A DNA stretch of 17,016 nucleotides from the NCBI GenBank assembly GCA_023254095.1, contig JALNLM010000019.1, forward strand, positions 1-17,016, read 5' to 3'. This stretch comes from Candidatus Geocrenenecus huangii. Its GTDB lineage: Archaea; Thermoproteota; Nitrososphaeria_A; Caldarchaeales; Wolframiiraptoraceae. The position numbers were made by a program, and so were the translations under genes. The notes beneath the pieces are model-generated. The model was given only the letters and a program-made list of their open reading frames with translations, made no database searches and was not told where the DNA came from. This document shows positions 15,892-17,016 of the stretch, in pieces; the stretch's first letter is position 1; each line of letters starts with the position of its first letter.

Positions 15892-17016
15892 TTGAAACAA
15901 GATGATATAGCATGGCTTCAATGCATAAGCTGTCATACGACGTACTCCTTGAATTATAAAGGATATGTATGTGAGAAGTGCGGAGATCTTCTCGACATAG
16001 TATTAGATCTAGAACGAGTGAAAGTACGTGATTGGCAGGTTTTCAGAGAGAGACCCAGGGGAGTGTGGAGATATCATGAACTCATACCAGTGGATCCTTC
16101 TAGAAGAGTAACGCTCAATGAGGGTGGTACACCTCTAATCGAATGTAAGAAACTCAGTAGATGGGCTGGATTAAAGAAGCTCTACATAAAATTTGAGGGG
16201 GTTAATCCTACTGGAAGCTTTAAGGATAGAGGTATGACCGTGGCCGTAACTAAAGCGTTAGAGCTCGGCGTTAAGGGAGTCATATGCGCATCTACCGGAA
16301 ATACTGCCGCATCACTAGCTGCTTATGCGGCTAGAGCAAGTCTACCATGTATAACAGTTATACCTGAGGGGGCAGCTCTGGGAAAAGTCTTCCAGGCAAT
16401 CGCTCATGGAGCAGTACTCATAAAGGTTAAGGGAAGCTTCGACCAAGCTTTGAGAATAGTATTCTCTAAAGCTGAAGAGCTTGGATACTATATTCTCAAC
16501 TCGGTTAATGCATGGAGGATTGAAGGACAGAAAACTTTAGGATACGAAGTAGCTGAAGAAGTAAGTGGAGAATACAATATATTCATACCTGTAGGTAACT
16601 GTGGAAATATAGCCGCTGTATGGAAAGGGTTAACCGAATTGAAGAATCTAGGATTAGTAGAACATACGCCTAGAATGATCGGCGTCCAAGCAGAGGGAGC
16701 ATCACCATTCGCTAAGATGGTTGAAGAGGGATGGGAGACTCTCCGACCAGTTGATAATCCTCAGACAATCGCTTCAGCTATAAGGATAGGCCGACCAGTA
16801 AACTGGAAGAAAGCTCTACGCGCAGTAAAAGAATCTAGAGGAGATGCCATAGTAGTATCTGATAAAGAGATACTTGAAGCGCAGACAGCCATAGCTAGAC
16901 TTGAGGGTCTAGGCGTAGAGCCCGCATCTGCAGCATCGGTCGCTGGAGTTAGGAAAGCAGTTGAGAAGGGAGTAGTCGACCCCGATGAGGCCACTGTATG
17001 CATATGTACGGGGCAT
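15892..17016 (+). CDS. thrC: Threonine synthase, runs off the window end and is absent from the ORF track
   Basis: Manual translation from TTG 15892: Zn ribbon CISC...CEKC, LNEGGTPL, KFEGVNPTGSFKDRGM (PLP lysine), ASTGNTAASLAAYAA, PVGNCGNI, IASAIRIGRPVN and VEPASAASVAG, ending ...CTGH at the window edge. Confidence 0.95.
   Translation, partial: MKQDDIAWLQCISCHTTYSLNYKGYVCEKCGDLLDIVLDLERVKVRDWQVFRERPRGVWRYHELIPVDPSRRVTLNEGGTPLIECKKLSRWAGLKKLYIKFEGVNPTGSFKDRGMTVAVTKALELGVKGVICASTGNTAASLAAYAARASLPCITVIPEGAALGKVFQAIAHGAVLIKVKGSFDQALRIVFSKAEELGYYILNSVNAWRIEGQKTLGYEVAEEVSGEYNIFIPVGNCGNIAAVWKGLTELKNLGLVEHTPRMIGVQAEGASPFAKMVEEGWETLRPVDNPQTIASAIRIGRPVNWKKALRAVKESRGDAIVVSDKEILEAQTAIARLEGLGVEPASAASVAGVRKAVEKGVVDPDEATVCICTGH

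Noticed and set aside
140-17003. Antisense and alternative-frame ORFs (e.g. 140-679, 3712-3927, 4236-4796, 4992-5303, 6547-6837, 8243-8797, 11705-12043, 14516-14878, 15015-15362, 16761-17003)
   Set aside because: They are shadows of well-supported genes on the opposite strand, with Ser/Ile/Phe-rich antisense-type composition and no motifs.

Overview
Ordinary archaeal chromosomal DNA, AT-rich by eye, with archaeal TATA boxes about 25-30 nt before several apparently leaderless starts. A stand-alone 5S rRNA gene, a Ygr210-type Obg GTPase, UPF0147 and a JAMM protease point to a TACK-group archaeon (inference). Gene content: CBS-pair protein, JAMM/MPN+ protease, UbiX, PPC/DUF296 protein, a minus-strand run of three predicted HTH/wHTH proteins after UPF0147, site-2 protease, TtuA/NcsA tRNA thiolase, 5S rRNA, a hypothetical protein, Obg-family GTPase, serine hydroxymethyltransferase, a membrane-anchored M6-type metalloprotease, a CoA-type Nudix hydrolase, a SIMPL/DUF541 protein, and a 3'-truncated threonine synthase that the ORF track misses. 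No CRISPR array, transposase, integrase or tRNA was seen. Two signals stand out. (1) A 64-nt minus-strand box C/D RNA at 1342-1405 has its own TATA box, and its two guide segments pair with each other. (2) The last gene of the three-gene DNA-binding cassette encodes a membrane-anchored wHTH and is bracketed by TGTGA-N2-TCAC(A/G) palindromes, suggesting a DNA-to-membrane tethering or regulatory module (hypothesis). All family calls come from motif recognition by eye, not database searches.
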